Shown here: positions 1 through 12,594 of the stretch, one piece after another | Position numbering within the stretch: the stretch's first letter is position 1 | Layout of the letters: each line of letters opens with the position of its first letter | Assembly (NCBI GenBank): GCA_951406725.2 | Contig: OX597814.1 | Span: 50,344,001 to 50,408,000, forward strand | Origin: Octopus vulgaris | Taxonomy: Eukaryota | DNA: 64,000 nucleotides | Direction: 5' to 3' | Program-made: the position numbers and the translations under genes | Notes under the pieces: model-generated | Seen by the model: the letters and a program-made list of their open reading frames with translations, nothing else | The model's database searches: none | What the model was told of the DNA's origin: nothing

Positions 1-84
1 TATATCCTTAAATATTTCTATTTCAGTTTCTATGGTTTCCCTACAGTTAACGTACCAAATAATTTCTCCCTCACATCATGTACC

Positions 85-351
85 TATTTCTTTACTACCC
101 ACAAGGGGCTAAACACAGAGAGAACAAACAAGGACAGACAAACGGATTAAGTCGATTATATCGTCTCCAGTGCGGAACTGGTACTTATTTAATCGACCCC
201 GAAAGGATGAAAGGCAAAGTCGACCTCGGCGGAATTTGAACTCAGAACGTAGCAGCAGTCGAAATATCGCTAAGCATTTCGCCCGGCGCGCTAACGTTTC
301 TGCCAGCTCGCCGCCTTCCATCCAGCAGACGAAATACCGCTAAGCATTTCG
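85..351 (-). mobile_element. tRNA-derived SINE (family A) with an extra partial head segment, bounded by a 17-bp target-site duplication
   Basis: Minus strand reads GGCGGCGAGCTGGCAGAAACGTTAGC...GAGTTCAAATTCCGCC (A/B-box-like)...GCCTTTCATCCTTTCGGGGTCGAT..AAGTACCAG. CCCTCACATCATGTACC occurs at both 68-84 and 352-368. At least six other copies in the window. Confidence 0.9.
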
Positions 352-2154
352 CCCTCACATCATGTACCATTGGCCTCGACCTTAAGAACTTTAGTGAAAT
401 CAATGTTTTTGCTCTTGACAACCTCAGAGACTTGGAATGTGTCTTTTATTTATATTTAAAGTACTATGGGTTTATCCGCCCTCCAACTCTAGGATGCAAT
501 ATTTCCTGTTAGATCACTCAATTGTAGCATATAGTAGCAAGTCTTTCTCTCTCCATTTAAAATTCTACTAACTCTATAGTTTGATTATTTTTACCCAAAT
601 TTCACCTTATTGTCACTTTAAACAATAGTCGTCTCAATACTGATTATATTCCATTTTAATCTATTCAATTACAAACCATGCCAGTGGGGTAATTCTTTCA
701 TGAATAGAGACCTTGATAATATACTCCAACAGAACCATAACAATGTTTCTTTCTCTGAACTACGATTAAAATCGTAATACATATTAAAGAAACAATATTC
801 ACTATACTCTTCTTATGAAGAAACACCACACAGTTAGAATCCTCACAATTGTTACATATGAAAGGTCTCGCAGATTCATAATTTTTCAAGGAAAACCGAT
901 AAGGTTACAAAAATTGAATCATAAATACTAGGATTTCTCTGTTTCTGCTCCCAACACTATAACTCAAAAACCCATAATTGAAAGACAAGAGAAAATACTT
1001 CCTGAACACTGTAGTGAACAAAAGCCTTTTTCAACGAAAATTACCCAGACTTCGCAGCTCCAGGTATTAGTCAAAAACATTAAAACATTAACATGAAGCA
1101 TATTGAATTAAATGTATTCTTTCATATCTTTTATCAATAATGTCACGAATTCCTTGTTCAAATAACTCCGAATGCTCTGTATCAGTTGCCCTGTAGCTTT
1201 CCAAGTCATCTGAAGAGTAAAATTTGAAACAATCCTGGCTGGTTCTACCACCAGAGCAGCCTGGCAAGAAGCTCCTTCTTTGGTTTGTACTGTTAGCTGC
1301 CAATTGTACGTATCATAGACAAAAGAAAAACAGGTTATTCTTCTTGCGTACACCCAATTAATTTATACACTCAGTTAATGTACAACACTTTCTCGTACTA
1401 TATTTCTCATACAAGAGCCTCCAAAATAACTCGGATCTTCTCTACGATAGCATATATTTCTTGGCTTCCATCACCGCATATTTCCAAAAAGGAACGTAAA
1501 AAAAAACATACAACTGAACAAAATAAAATATGTAATTTGGTCCTTATTTTAAAGACATGACTAAACAGAATACGAACATTGTACATTATGAGAGTAAGAA
1601 AAATAGGTAAAATCCATATTTACTGCACATTTTGCGTGTATGGACGACGATAAGCTATACAAGATTTAATACATTTATTCCATAATAAATTTGAGTCAAA
1701 CAATGCATACAATAACTTGTGGAGTAAAGAAATCCCCACTGAAATCTTATTTTAGGTGACTCCAGCCCCCAGACACAATGAAACAACCAACAAACTGCTT
1801 AGGCTCTAATATAATGCAATGGGTATCGTGTTAACGCATCGATTGAAATACAGAATGAGTGATAAAAACTAAATCGACGACCTCTATCAATTTCATTCAT
1901 GATACTTACAATTAAATATTCTCGACCTAAATTTCATTGCCCCATTATTCGTCTAGTATTCTCTATTTATTTCGGGCACTTCTCTTTCTCAAAGTTATTG
2001 CTTGCTTGGCTCTACTATTTCCTCCACGGGGATCAGCAATATCCTTCACTCTTCGAGAAAAATACTGCAACTGTCTCTTGGGAAAAGATTAGGTATTGTA
2101 CAGACGACAAGGTCTCTATTTCTATATTTTTGTTTTGTTTATCTTCCGTTCTGG

Positions 2155-2415
2155 TTCTTCTTCTTCTTCTTCTTCTTCTTCTTCTTCTTCTTCTTCTTCT
2201 TCTTCTTCTTCTTCTTCTTCTTCCCTTCCTCCTCTTCTTACTCCTCCTTTTCCTTCATCTTCACCAGCAGAACCAATCTTAAAACGACCTCCACCATCGC
2301 CTTAACAACAAATAACATCACTGTCGTCACCATCATCTTCATCATCATGATCATCATCATCGTCATCATCGTCATCACCTCAGCCACCACCACCACCACC
2401 ACCATCACCACCATT
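2155..2415. repeat. (TTC)n microsatellite followed by a (CAT)/(CAC) low-complexity tract
   Basis: Direct reading; source of the poly-L/F/S ORFs. Confidence 0.95.
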
Positions 2416-2672
2416 TCCAATACGGTCATCAACGTGTTCCCGCTCTAGGACGATGTGATGATTATTGGTAATGTTTTTACTTCTTCATATCTGTTTGCAC
2501 TGCCAGTTACATTAAATATTTTTCGCTCGAACAAAATACATTCTCAATGGATTCAATCATCAATACGAATGTAATCCATACTTTTGCGTGAAACATTGCT
2601 GGGGAATAGTTGGAGAGGCTTTTTTACTATTTTGCTGTTTGTTATCCTAGCTGCTTTCGAAGAAGCCTACGA

Positions 2673-2691
2673 TTTATTATTATTATTATTA

Positions 2692-2753
<62 letters not shown>

Positions 2754-2820
2754 GTTATTGTTGTTGTTGTTGTTGTTGTTACTATTATTATTGTTGTTGT
2801 TGTTATTATTATTATTATTA

Positions 2821-2869
<49 letters not shown>

Positions 2870-2880
2870 CATTATTATTA

Positions 2881-2936
<56 letters not shown>
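2673..2936. repeat. Compound (TTA)n/(TTG)n microsatellite
   Basis: Direct reading; source of the poly-L/I/N ORFs. Confidence 0.97.
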
Positions 2937-2938
<2 letters not shown>

Positions 2939-2939
2939 A

Positions 2940-3153
2940 CGGCAGCAAGTTGGCAGAATTGTGAGCATGCGGAACAAAATACTTAACGGCATTTCATCCG
3001 TCTTTATACTCCGAGTTCAAATTCCGCCGAGGTCGAATTTGCATTTTTTTTCGTTTCGGGATTGATAGATTAAGTACCAGAGAGACACTGGGATCGATTT
3101 AATCGATAAGTCCCTTCCTACCAAATTTCAGGTTTTGTACCTTTAGTAGAAAG
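2940..3153 (+). mobile_element. SINE family A copy
   Basis: GGCAGCAAGTTGGCAGAATTG...GAGTTCAAATTCCGCCGAGGTCGA...AAGTACCAG; aligns by eye to the 85-316 and 60793-61006 copies. Confidence 0.88.
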
Positions 3154-3174
3154 CTTTGTTATTATTATTGTTGC

Positions 3175-3211
<37 letters not shown>

Positions 3212-3235
3212 GCTGTTGTTGTTGTTATTGTTTAT

Positions 3236-3410
3236 GGCAGCGAGCTGGCAGAATCGCGAGTAGGCAGGACAAGATTGCTTAGCGGCATTTCATCTGTCTT
3301 CATTTTAAATTCTTCCGAAGTCAACTTTGCTGTTCATCCTTTCATGATCGATGTAGTTGACTTACCTTCTCCCACGAAACTGCCGACCTTGTGCCAAAAT
3401 TTGAAACCAT
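3236..3410 (+). mobile_element. SINE family A copy, internally deleted
   Basis: GGCAGCGAGCTGGCAGAATCG...GCTTAGCGGCATTTC...TTCATCCTTTC. Confidence 0.8.
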
Positions 3411-3412
3411 TT

Positions 3413-3467
<55 letters not shown>

Positions 3468-3594
3468 ATTTTGGTCTTTTAGTTGGAGTTTTTTGCCTTT
3501 ATTATACCGACTTGATGTAATAAGTATACATACATACATACATACATACATACATACATACATACATACATACAGCATACGTACGTATTGGGGG

Positions 3595-3627
<33 letters not shown>
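3413..3627. repeat. (GTA)n, (TACA)n and (TA)n microsatellites
   Basis: Direct reading. Confidence 0.95.
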
Positions 3628-3632
<5 letters not shown>

Positions 3633-4020
3633 TGTGTGGAAAAGAGATTGTAGGTTTATGTTGTTTATGTTTGATTATTATCCCCCGTTTGAAGAATCTT
3701 CCAAGGATGAAGTTGTCCTTTTAAAAGAGATATTTTCAATATTTTTTAAATTTAGAGTGGTTTTGTGTTTCCGTTCTCTTTGTTCCATTGTAACACTTCT
3801 GATGATTTATTGAACAACTGTCGTATCTATGTCTTACGTTTCCTCTGTTTCATCCCTGAAACATGTTTTTTTTTGTGTGATATGCTTCACGTTGCACAGC
3901 ATCCCGCCTTATAAAAACTTGTTAATAATATTGACTTAAAATGGTTAAACAAATCACAATGCACCAAAGTCTGGTAATCTCTGAGATAACTTTATTCGTA
4001 TTCTCAATCGACATGTACAC

Positions 4021-4070
<50 letters not shown>

Positions 4071-4406
4071 TATATATGGCAAAAAAAATAGAATTCTTTG
4101 CCACCATATAGGAAAAAATAAATAGTCATATTTTTACGTTCAACATCACAATCAAGGAACGGCCATAATAGGCCATTCACCCACTAGAAATAACAGCCAA
4201 AAGCTTTAACCGCAAAATAACATTATACCGTAAACCAGGAGAAAATTGAAAAACTTTTACCCTGTATTTCTTAGACGATGCACCGTTTCATCTACCGTTT
4301 AATGGTAAACTAACCTGATTAAATTAAATCAAGCCAATCCACCATAGGCCCTTAGACTCATCAGTAAGAAATAGCCAAATCGGAACAGATATTTTTCACG
4401 AGTGAA

Positions 4407-4498
4407 AAACAGTGAAAAACATAAGCCACATTTTTTTTAATTTTAGCTTTTATATTTTTAAATTAATTTTATGTATTGGCTTATGTTTTTCACTGTTT
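4407..4498. repeat. Perfect 22-bp inverted repeat with a 48-bp AT-rich spacer
   Basis: AAACAGTGAAAAACATAAGCCA (4407-4428) and TGGCTTATGTTTTTCACTGTTT (4477-4498). Confidence 0.9.
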
Positions 4499-4615
4499 GA
4501 TTTGCCTAATAGTGGTTTTATCTCTAATTTAATTTAATATAATATAATATATTTATACTATAAAATTTGATTTAGTCCTAAATCTAATTTTTCCCAGTAA
4601 GTTTGGATTTATTCC

Positions 4616-4705
<90 letters not shown>

Positions 4706-6389
4706 CATGCTTAGAGTGTGGTGTAAAACTTCTATTTAATATGAAATTAATATGAATAACGCAATTGTATAGAAATAAGTAAATGGAGAATTTTGATTTA
4801 AACCTTATTTCATACTGTCGTTGTTGCTGTGACTTGTTTATCCTCAACTCATTCCTGATTCAGAAGACACATGATCAATGATGTTCCAGTCTTGAATATC
4901 CCTGGTATATTCAAGCACATACGAACGACTATATCTAATTTATCGTTTAGACTATTCTTGTTCAATGAGTTCTTCACTCTTTTAAGAGAATACAGTGGGA
5001 TTTGAATAAGATTCAGGTGGTATTCCTTGCAGGTTAAGTGAAAAAGATCCCGCCCCTTAGGTGTTTTATGATATCTAAGCTCTACGAAGTAAAGTTTATT
5101 TCTAAGAGGGGTCGTTTCATATATTTCCTTTTTGTACTTTAGTAGTTCTTTGCATTACAGTTGTAAAGTATTTTATTGTAGTATAATGTATGTAATGTAG
5201 TCTACGTTTGAAGCAAATGTATTTAAATACATCCTTATAATAATGAGCAGTATTGTTTTAGAATTTCTCATGAGATATACAGTTACTAATATTATTAATT
5301 AAGTTTGTTAAGATGCAGTAATTTCTCCCTATATTTGTTGTATGACCAGTATTTTCCAGCAGATTTATCTAGAGATATAAACCGATGTTATCTTGGGTTT
5401 CTTAAACCAGGTAAATAAACATTTCTTCGAGAGGCAAAGATTAGGTAATAGCTTTAAGGTGAACTACGGATTCACAAAATCTTAGGTGCTGTTTCAATAG
5501 CCAGCACAAGCCGAAGGAAACTTTTCAGTATAAGGACGCAAGAAATGTATCCCTTTATGTTCATAGCTTTAGAAAGTTTGATCTGTGTCCCTGGGAGACG
5601 TATAGTGTGCTTTTACACTATTTTACAATTTTGAAAAATGATCGGAATTGATTGATTCTTGCAGAGTCTTCCATTCACATTTGCTGAGAATTTTCAAAAT
5701 AGTAAATTAGCACAAATTGAATTTTAAATACTAATCAATTGTTGTATAGTTTAAATTTAAATAGCATGCTTATTTATGTATGTGTGTGCCGCACATGTAC
5801 GCATTTCAGTTCACTAGAGGGCGTTACTGGTAACATGTAAACTGTAGAACCTGTTGCGTTGGCAGATCGTTAGTGATTAAAGCTTTACCAGCGCTCGCAA
5901 GTTATGCTTGTAAGAAGAGTTGCTACAAACCCAGCAGGGCAAAAGCAATACCTGTCAATGAGACCCGTAAAGCCGCTGTAGTGTCAGTGACAATCGAACA
6001 ATAACAGAGGAACTCGGGAGAATATCACACGGATATAAAATTCGAGGAAAGTGTTCGGGGAAATCATAGCACACCCTACAATTTTCTGCTAGTTGTTTAT
6101 CCAAAATGTACGGCTGATTTTCTATATGACGTCATCACAATTTTTGTATCATCTCTATGGTTAGTCTAACAGTTCCATATTTTTCCCTTTTGCTTCTGAA
6201 ATGTTGTGCCATCATACAGCAATACATGTGAGTCATGTTCATCATGCATGCACCTATATTGTATGTACTCACGCTCACACATGCACATAGGCACATACAT
6301 GAACTCTTATACACACATACACACATACCCTCACACCTGCATTTCTCTCTCTCTCTCTATTTATATATATCTATCTGTTTATCTGTTTA

Positions 6390-6481
<92 letters not shown>

Positions 6482-6944
6482 CATATATATGCATATATGT
6501 GTCTGTTTGTGTGTGTATATGTGTATGTGTGTTCGTCTGTGTATGCGTGCGTGAGTGTACGTATGTGTGTGTATGTATGTATGTATGCATGTATCTCCAA
6601 AGTTAAGCAGGTCACTTTTGTTCTATCCAGCTTGAGTCTATCGATGCGTGGACTTTTGTGCGAGTGTCTTTTACTATAACCTTAGGTCGACTGAAGATTT
6701 CTAACTAAAACTGAATATACAGGGACTATTGGGAGAACCGCTGGACAGATCGTACCTGTAACTCAACGGTCCCAGAGAATTGCTGTTAGAGTAAACATGT
6801 TTGTGTATTACTCAGCCACCTCACAAGTGAATTCAAGAATATATCATATATATACATTTTTTTTTCTACTTTCAGCTCAGAGCTGCGGCCATGCTGATGC
6901 ACCGCCGTTACACACAGAAGCACACACATATATATATGTATATA

Positions 6945-8145
6945 CAGGGGTTGGACAAAATAATGAAAATACCTTAAAATTTCAAACAAATTAATTTTAA
7001 TATGGGGTAGGGCCGCCTTTGGCAGTAATTACAGCTTGAATTCTACGAGGTATGTTTTCAAAGCAATTTTTGTCTATTCTTCAGCTAAAATAGTCTCTAG
7101 TTCTTGTAGTGATGAGGGTGGAATATATTGACTCCTTACTTGTTTTTCTATAATGCACCATAAATGTTCAATAATATCGAGATCTAGGGACTGTGGTGGC
7201 CAGATAAGATGTTCAACTTCACTATAATGTTCCTCGTGCCATTCAATAACAGCTTTAGCTGTGTGAATTGGTGCATTATCATCCTGAAAGATTGCGTTTC
7301 CTTCCGGAAACAGTTCAGAAATCATAGGATGAATTTGATCAGATAAAATACTTAGTCTTGACTATTAATTATGCCATGAAGAGAAACCATTGAGCCGGCG
7401 GATTCCTACGATATAGCCCCACAGATCATCACAGATCCTCCTTCATGTTCAACAGTTGGAAGAAGGCAGTCTGGATCAAATGCTTCTTTTGGCTGTCTCC
7501 GATGGTCGGAAATAAGGTAAAGGATAGCTTGTCCGAGAAAATAACATTCTTCCAATGCTCTAGGGACCAATTCTGTAAGTTTTTACGCCACTCTAAACAC
7601 ATTGCAACGTTTGTTTTTGAAAGTAGTGCTTTTCTCTGATTGCACGCCTTCCGTAAAATTCGGCTTTGTGCAGCTCCCGGTGAAAAATTTTTGTAGAAAC
7701 TGGATTTTCGAGGTGGCCATTAAGCTTTGCAGTAATTTGGGGAGCTGTACTTTTGTGATTCTTTCTAACAATTCTAACAATCTATATCTGAAAGGTTTGG
7801 TTTTCTTCCTGAGTTTTTGTTTCGACGAGGTTTTCCCTCTTTCTCAAAGTTTGTCATTACTTTCGAGACAGTACTCCATGATACACCGAACATTTCGGGT
7901 GTCTTCGTTACACTAGTACCTGTCATACGAGCACCAACAATTTGACCCCTTTAGAAGTCCGACAGATCTGTCATTTTAATGAATTTGAATTACCTTTTTT
8001 CTGAAACAGCAATTTTAGCAAAACATATTAAGCAACACTAATAATAAATCAAAAAACTTTAAAATAATCAAGCTTTTGACGGTCTTATAGATATTTCAAA
8101 AATATGATGCTATAATGCTATATTTTTCCATTATTTTTCCAAACC

Positions 8146-8146
<1 letters not shown>
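6945..8146 (-). mobile_element. Tc1-family DNA transposon with degraded transposase
   Basis: ORF 7074-7325 has FQDDNAPIHTAK...WPPQSLDLDIIEHLW (DD34E catalytic region). Imperfect TIRs: CAGGGGTTGGACAAAATAATG at the left, and the right end reads CGGTTTGGAAAAATAATG on the minus strand. TA flanks. Confidence 0.92.
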
Positions 8147-8187
<41 letters not shown>

Positions 8188-10296
8188 GCACACACATTAA
8201 TTTATATATATATGCGTGTGTGTATGTGTGTATTCGTATATGTATGTATGTAGTTGTGTGTGTATGTATGATCTATGTAAATCCATCCACACACACACAC
8301 TCACACACACACACAGCTTATTGAATTATCATATTTTACATTATATGACATTATATCATATTGCAATGTCAAAATCTCTCGCTCAATCTACGAGACACAT
8401 AGTTCAATTACGCCTCAAATTCGCTGTTATTTTTACCTTGCTGTAAATTGTTCAAGAGCGCATATGGCTTCTCCCGTCTCCCTCTATGTTCGTTCCTCAT
8501 CACCCCACCACCACCCCACCCCAAACAATACATACACACACAAACAAACAAAGAAACGGAGATGTATACACATTGTTATATATATGTAGGCATACAGATA
8601 TATATAATTACACTCATATAATTATATGTATAATTATATATATATATACACATATATACATATATATGTATGTGTGTATGTGTGTATGTGTGTGTGTGTG
8701 TACTCACATATATAATATGTATGTATGTATGTATGATGCTGAGAAATATTTTGTTGCCTATTAAAAACTAGTAATACAAACCCGTCCATGATACCAAAGC
8801 CATTTTTTGAAAAAGAGAATTAGCTATCAGAAGACCAGTTGTTTCTGATGAAGATTTAGAACATTCCTCGTTTCCTCTTTTCCTTCATCCCATTTTTTCG
8901 CATCAATTCCGCAGCAGAATTTATCTGTATAATATCTTAAAAATTAGTTTTTATTCAATTTAACAATGGCATCGACAATTGACATATCCCTACACATCTA
9001 CACATTTCAGTACACATCGACACATACATAGCAGCATTTAATGATTACCCGTGCGTATACATTTTTAAAACAATATAATTACTTTGTATTTTTATATAAA
9101 ATAATAATATCATTATATACAAATAGAGAAAAATTATATTAAAAGAAGCAAAAAAACACAACAAACAAACACTGTAAAATATTTATGCATATCAGCAGAA
9201 AATTATGAAATAAAAGCAACGCAACCATCGCCATCAGTAACAACGACAATGAACATTGCAGCAGTAAAAAAAAAATTATGTTGGTAACGGTGGTGCCGGT
9301 GGTGGTAGTGGTGGTGGTGGTGTTGGTGGCGGGGCTGGGGCTGGTTTAAATCAAATACTCTAAGTTGCATACACTGAAGATTTACTGTATACACATAGCA
9401 TTGGTTCCATACACCAAAGGTTTAGCCTCCATTAGCTCACACATAGTCAGAAATGTTACTGAATCCTCCGGGGATACTGCCAAAGCGACAAGTAACCAAA
9501 ATATTCATAGTGTTTGTTTGTTTTATACATATAATTATTTGGACGCGGAAGGGAGGGTGAAATTTCGCCAAAAACAAAATAGTATGTATGAAGAAATAAA
9601 TACAAAACAAAAAAAACTGAATGTTGTAACGAACAGATTAAGATAAATGTGTCGTTCAGTAGGGGATTCAATGATGATATTGTTCTGACAGCAGAACATC
9701 CAGAGGAAATTAGAATCTCTTTTCCGCTCTTTCCCTCCCTCCTTTCACCCTCTCTCTCCATCTGTCTATCTATCTATCAGTCACTTTCTCGTGTTCTCTC
9801 TCCCTTTCTTTCTCTCTTTATTTCTCTCTTCTCCCTCTGGTAACCTTCACCAGAAAAGTATCATTTAGTCAATAGCTGCTAAGATATGCAGCCACCACAT
9901 CTTACGTCATCTGTCCGATTCACTTATTGCCCTCCGTTTAAATTTATCATAGATATTTAAAATACATACATACATACATACATATATATATAGCTGCAAA
10001 TGAAAATGTGCATAGACTATCGTGGCTAGAGCCGTTGAGATTAGCTCTCGGGAAAACCGATTCTACGATAAGTGTTTCCATTCCTGGTTGTAGTCATTTC
10101 ACTTCAATAATGCGAATATTTTTAATTGCGCTATTTTAGCTCCACAAGATAAATGGCCAGTCACTAAGTTTTAGCATGATGCGTTACACTCTATGTATTT
10201 GCATGCATATGCAAGTATATACGCATGTATATACTTCTTTGAATACACACACACACACATATATATATTTATATATATATACATATATATATATAT

Positions 10297-10329
<33 letters not shown>

Positions 10330-10352
10330 CATATACATACACATATATATAC

Positions 10353-10408
<56 letters not shown>

Positions 10409-10410
10409 GT

Positions 10411-10485
<75 letters not shown>

Positions 10486-10896
10486 ATTTATGCATGATAG
10501 TGTCCACTATCATATCTCTAACCACGATTCTATGCCTGTGACAAGAAATATTTCCATGAATGAAAAGCATCAATGAATTGACTGCTAAGATGGTCAACAT
10601 AAATAAATTCTTATAGAACCTTATTCACAATCTAACCCAGAAAAGAGTAACAACTTGTTGCTTTTTTTCTCAGTTCAGTGATGCTTATAACATGATATAA
10701 CGGAGGTGTTTCTATGAATTGTATAAGCGTCACTTAGTCACATCTTCTTTCCACTCTTGTGCTTGTGTGGCAAATGCTGACTTTTAGTCGTTTGAGATTT
10801 TGTATTCATGTATCTTTTAATTCTTTAAATCTATTTAATAAAAAAATGCCTTGTGGCTTTCTAATCAGCAATACCCCCTCATTGGTTTATACACAG

Positions 10897-11426
10897 CCGT
10901 CGTTGTTGTTGTCGTGGTCGTCGTCATTAACTCGTGTCCGAGTATCAAATCTACAGTGGTGAGTGGGCCTCTTCATTTTGATGGGTGTGGAGGGTGCTGG
11001 TAGCTGAGGCCAAGGGCGGTATAGAAAAGCCGGGGGCTTTTATCGCAGGGGAAGGTTGATGGGGGACGAGGAAGTGCGAATCGTTCTTTGCGTCTTCGAC
11101 GTCTCATCTCTGCCTCTTGACGTCTGTTATTTTCTATCATGTCTGTTCCCTCGACAATGACATACCGCCACTTTGAACGGTCGTTAGCGACTGACTCCCA
11201 GATATGGAGCAGCGGAGGAGACTGGCCTTGAGCTGGTCTCCGAAACGGAATTTGGAAGCTCCGCGTGATCTGGTGCCAGAGGCCAATTCCGCAAAGAAGA
11301 GTTGACGGGAGGATACGCGATAGAGGCATATGCATGATGTATCTCAACCAGCAGAGGCGGTGTCGTGCCATAGTAGCATTAATGCTGGACAATCCGACCC
11401 GGAGCAGAACCTCTTCGTTGGTAATT
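10897..11426 (-). mobile_element. RTE-clade LINE 3' fragment
   Basis: ORF 10973-11392 SINATMARHRLCWL..HM...WESVANDRSKWR...C-terminal zinc-finger-like remnant; tail of GAC/CAA triplets. Confidence 0.8.
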
Positions 11427-12138
11427 CAGAAAATTATTATACGTTATTTCAATGCCTTGTTTACGGAATATTAATTTGTACAATGCTTTACATTGAAAAC
11501 GCTAAGTCTTCAACGTTTTCTCAATAAAGTCCTAAATTGTAAACTAGCTTTCATATAATTAGAGGTACAAAAATTAGAATCTGTAATAAAATTATAGAAC
11601 TTGTAGTATTCGAAGCAATATTACATAAATGTCTCCATCAATATGCAGATCACAGTTATAATTACTGTTGAAGTTAGATGCTATGTCTACATCTGGTGGG
11701 CAGCTGACGTTCTCAGAAGTATATTTGTTTTATCTTACATTCAATACAATTTGAATCCCTTGATATCGAATAAGCGCTTTCTCGTGTTTTTCACAAAGGT
11801 TATTTCGCAGACGTTGCTTTTTATCTGCTTGCATAATCTGTTTTTTCTTTCAACAATTGAACTATGACCATACTTGAGGACTTCCTTCAGTTTTAGTCAA
11901 TCATATCGATTCTCTAGCAGTCTGGCAGTTATTCTATTGAACTATATTTATCGGAAACCAAGTTGTCTTTGGTTATATAAAGACGCAGCACCTTGTTTAG
12001 ACATAAACAAGGTCATTGACACAAACATAGACTCACACTTAAATCTAGAAAGACGCATATACCCAAGCTCATATACACACATACACTTGCACGCACATTT
12101 CTATCTACCCACGTTCTTTCTCTCTCTCTCTCTCTCCA

Positions 12139-12543
12139 TCGCCGATAAGGCTCCTTTCCAAAATGCGCCAGAGAAAATTTGTTTGCTTGTTATCAGTCGT
12201 AAGACACTTGTTGTTTTCACCGTTAATGCTTCTGTATTTCATGTTTCTGTATTCCATTATTGTTTTTTGCCTTTTATATTCGTCCTTTTTGCTGTCCCGG
12301 TGTTCGTATGCATTCGATCCTTCTTCCAGGAAATCTACGCTCCCAGCTTAGTTTTTCTAATGCTCGTTGCTTAGTTTTTCTTGGAAGGCTGGCCGGATCT
12401 AGTAATCTCAAGATTAATCAGCCGAAATTACTACGATGATCCGGTTCTTGACTGAAGACTGAGGGTTTCGAATGTCCTGTCCGTGTTTATTGTATCGTCT
12501 TCTAAGAGTTATACGTTCTTGTCTATGTTGTATTTTTCTACAT
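12139..12543 (+). mobile_element. ~405-bp non-coding repeat (family H1) carrying a rearranged hammerhead motif
   Basis: Collinear similarity to 36576-36985 (minus) and 40897-41068. CT-rich 5' flank; 3' end ...TACAT runs into (TA)n. Confidence 0.8.
12391..12462 (+). ncRNA. Putative non-circularly permuted hammerhead ribozyme (H1 copy 1)
   Basis: P0 CCGGATC 12393-99/GATCCGG 12438-44; stem III TAGTAAT 12400-06/ATTACTA 12427-33; cleavage site C12407 (AUC); stem I TCAAGA 12408-13/TCTTGA 12446-51; CTGAAGA 12452-58; stem II CTGA 12459-62/TCAG 12418-21; GAAA 12424-27. Confidence 0.75.
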
Positions 12544-12545
12544 AC

Positions 12546-12590
<45 letters not shown>

Positions 12591-12594
<4 letters not shown>

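Noticed and set aside
1204-1245. CTGAAGA...GAAA resembling a hammerhead core
   Set aside because: No credible stem I or stem II.
400-1900. Short minus-strand ORFs (698-889, 1088-1353) suggesting a decayed coding element
   Set aside because: No motif I could assign with confidence; multiple stops.
1899-3065. ORFs with poly-L/F/S/I/N runs
   Set aside because: Translations of trinucleotide microsatellites.
3684-3722. TTGAAGA-ATCTT CCA AGGAT-GAAG-TTGTC hammerhead-like string
   Set aside because: Two core mismatches and no stem I; at best a decayed relic.
5200-5720. Possible ancient LINE RT relic (similar hints at 14275-14790, 32500-33100 and 43000-44300)
   Set aside because: Only faint motif echoes; family and boundaries cannot be supported by eye.
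6135-6679. YI/HT/CV-rich ORFs, here and at ~10.2k, 15k, 23.5k, 36.5k, 46k, 56k and 61.7k
   Set aside because: Stop-free (TA)n/(CA)n/(TACA)n repeats, not genes.
8766-9110. Possible small Helitron-like element starting ACTAGT
   Set aside because: No clear subterminal hairpin or 5' TC end.
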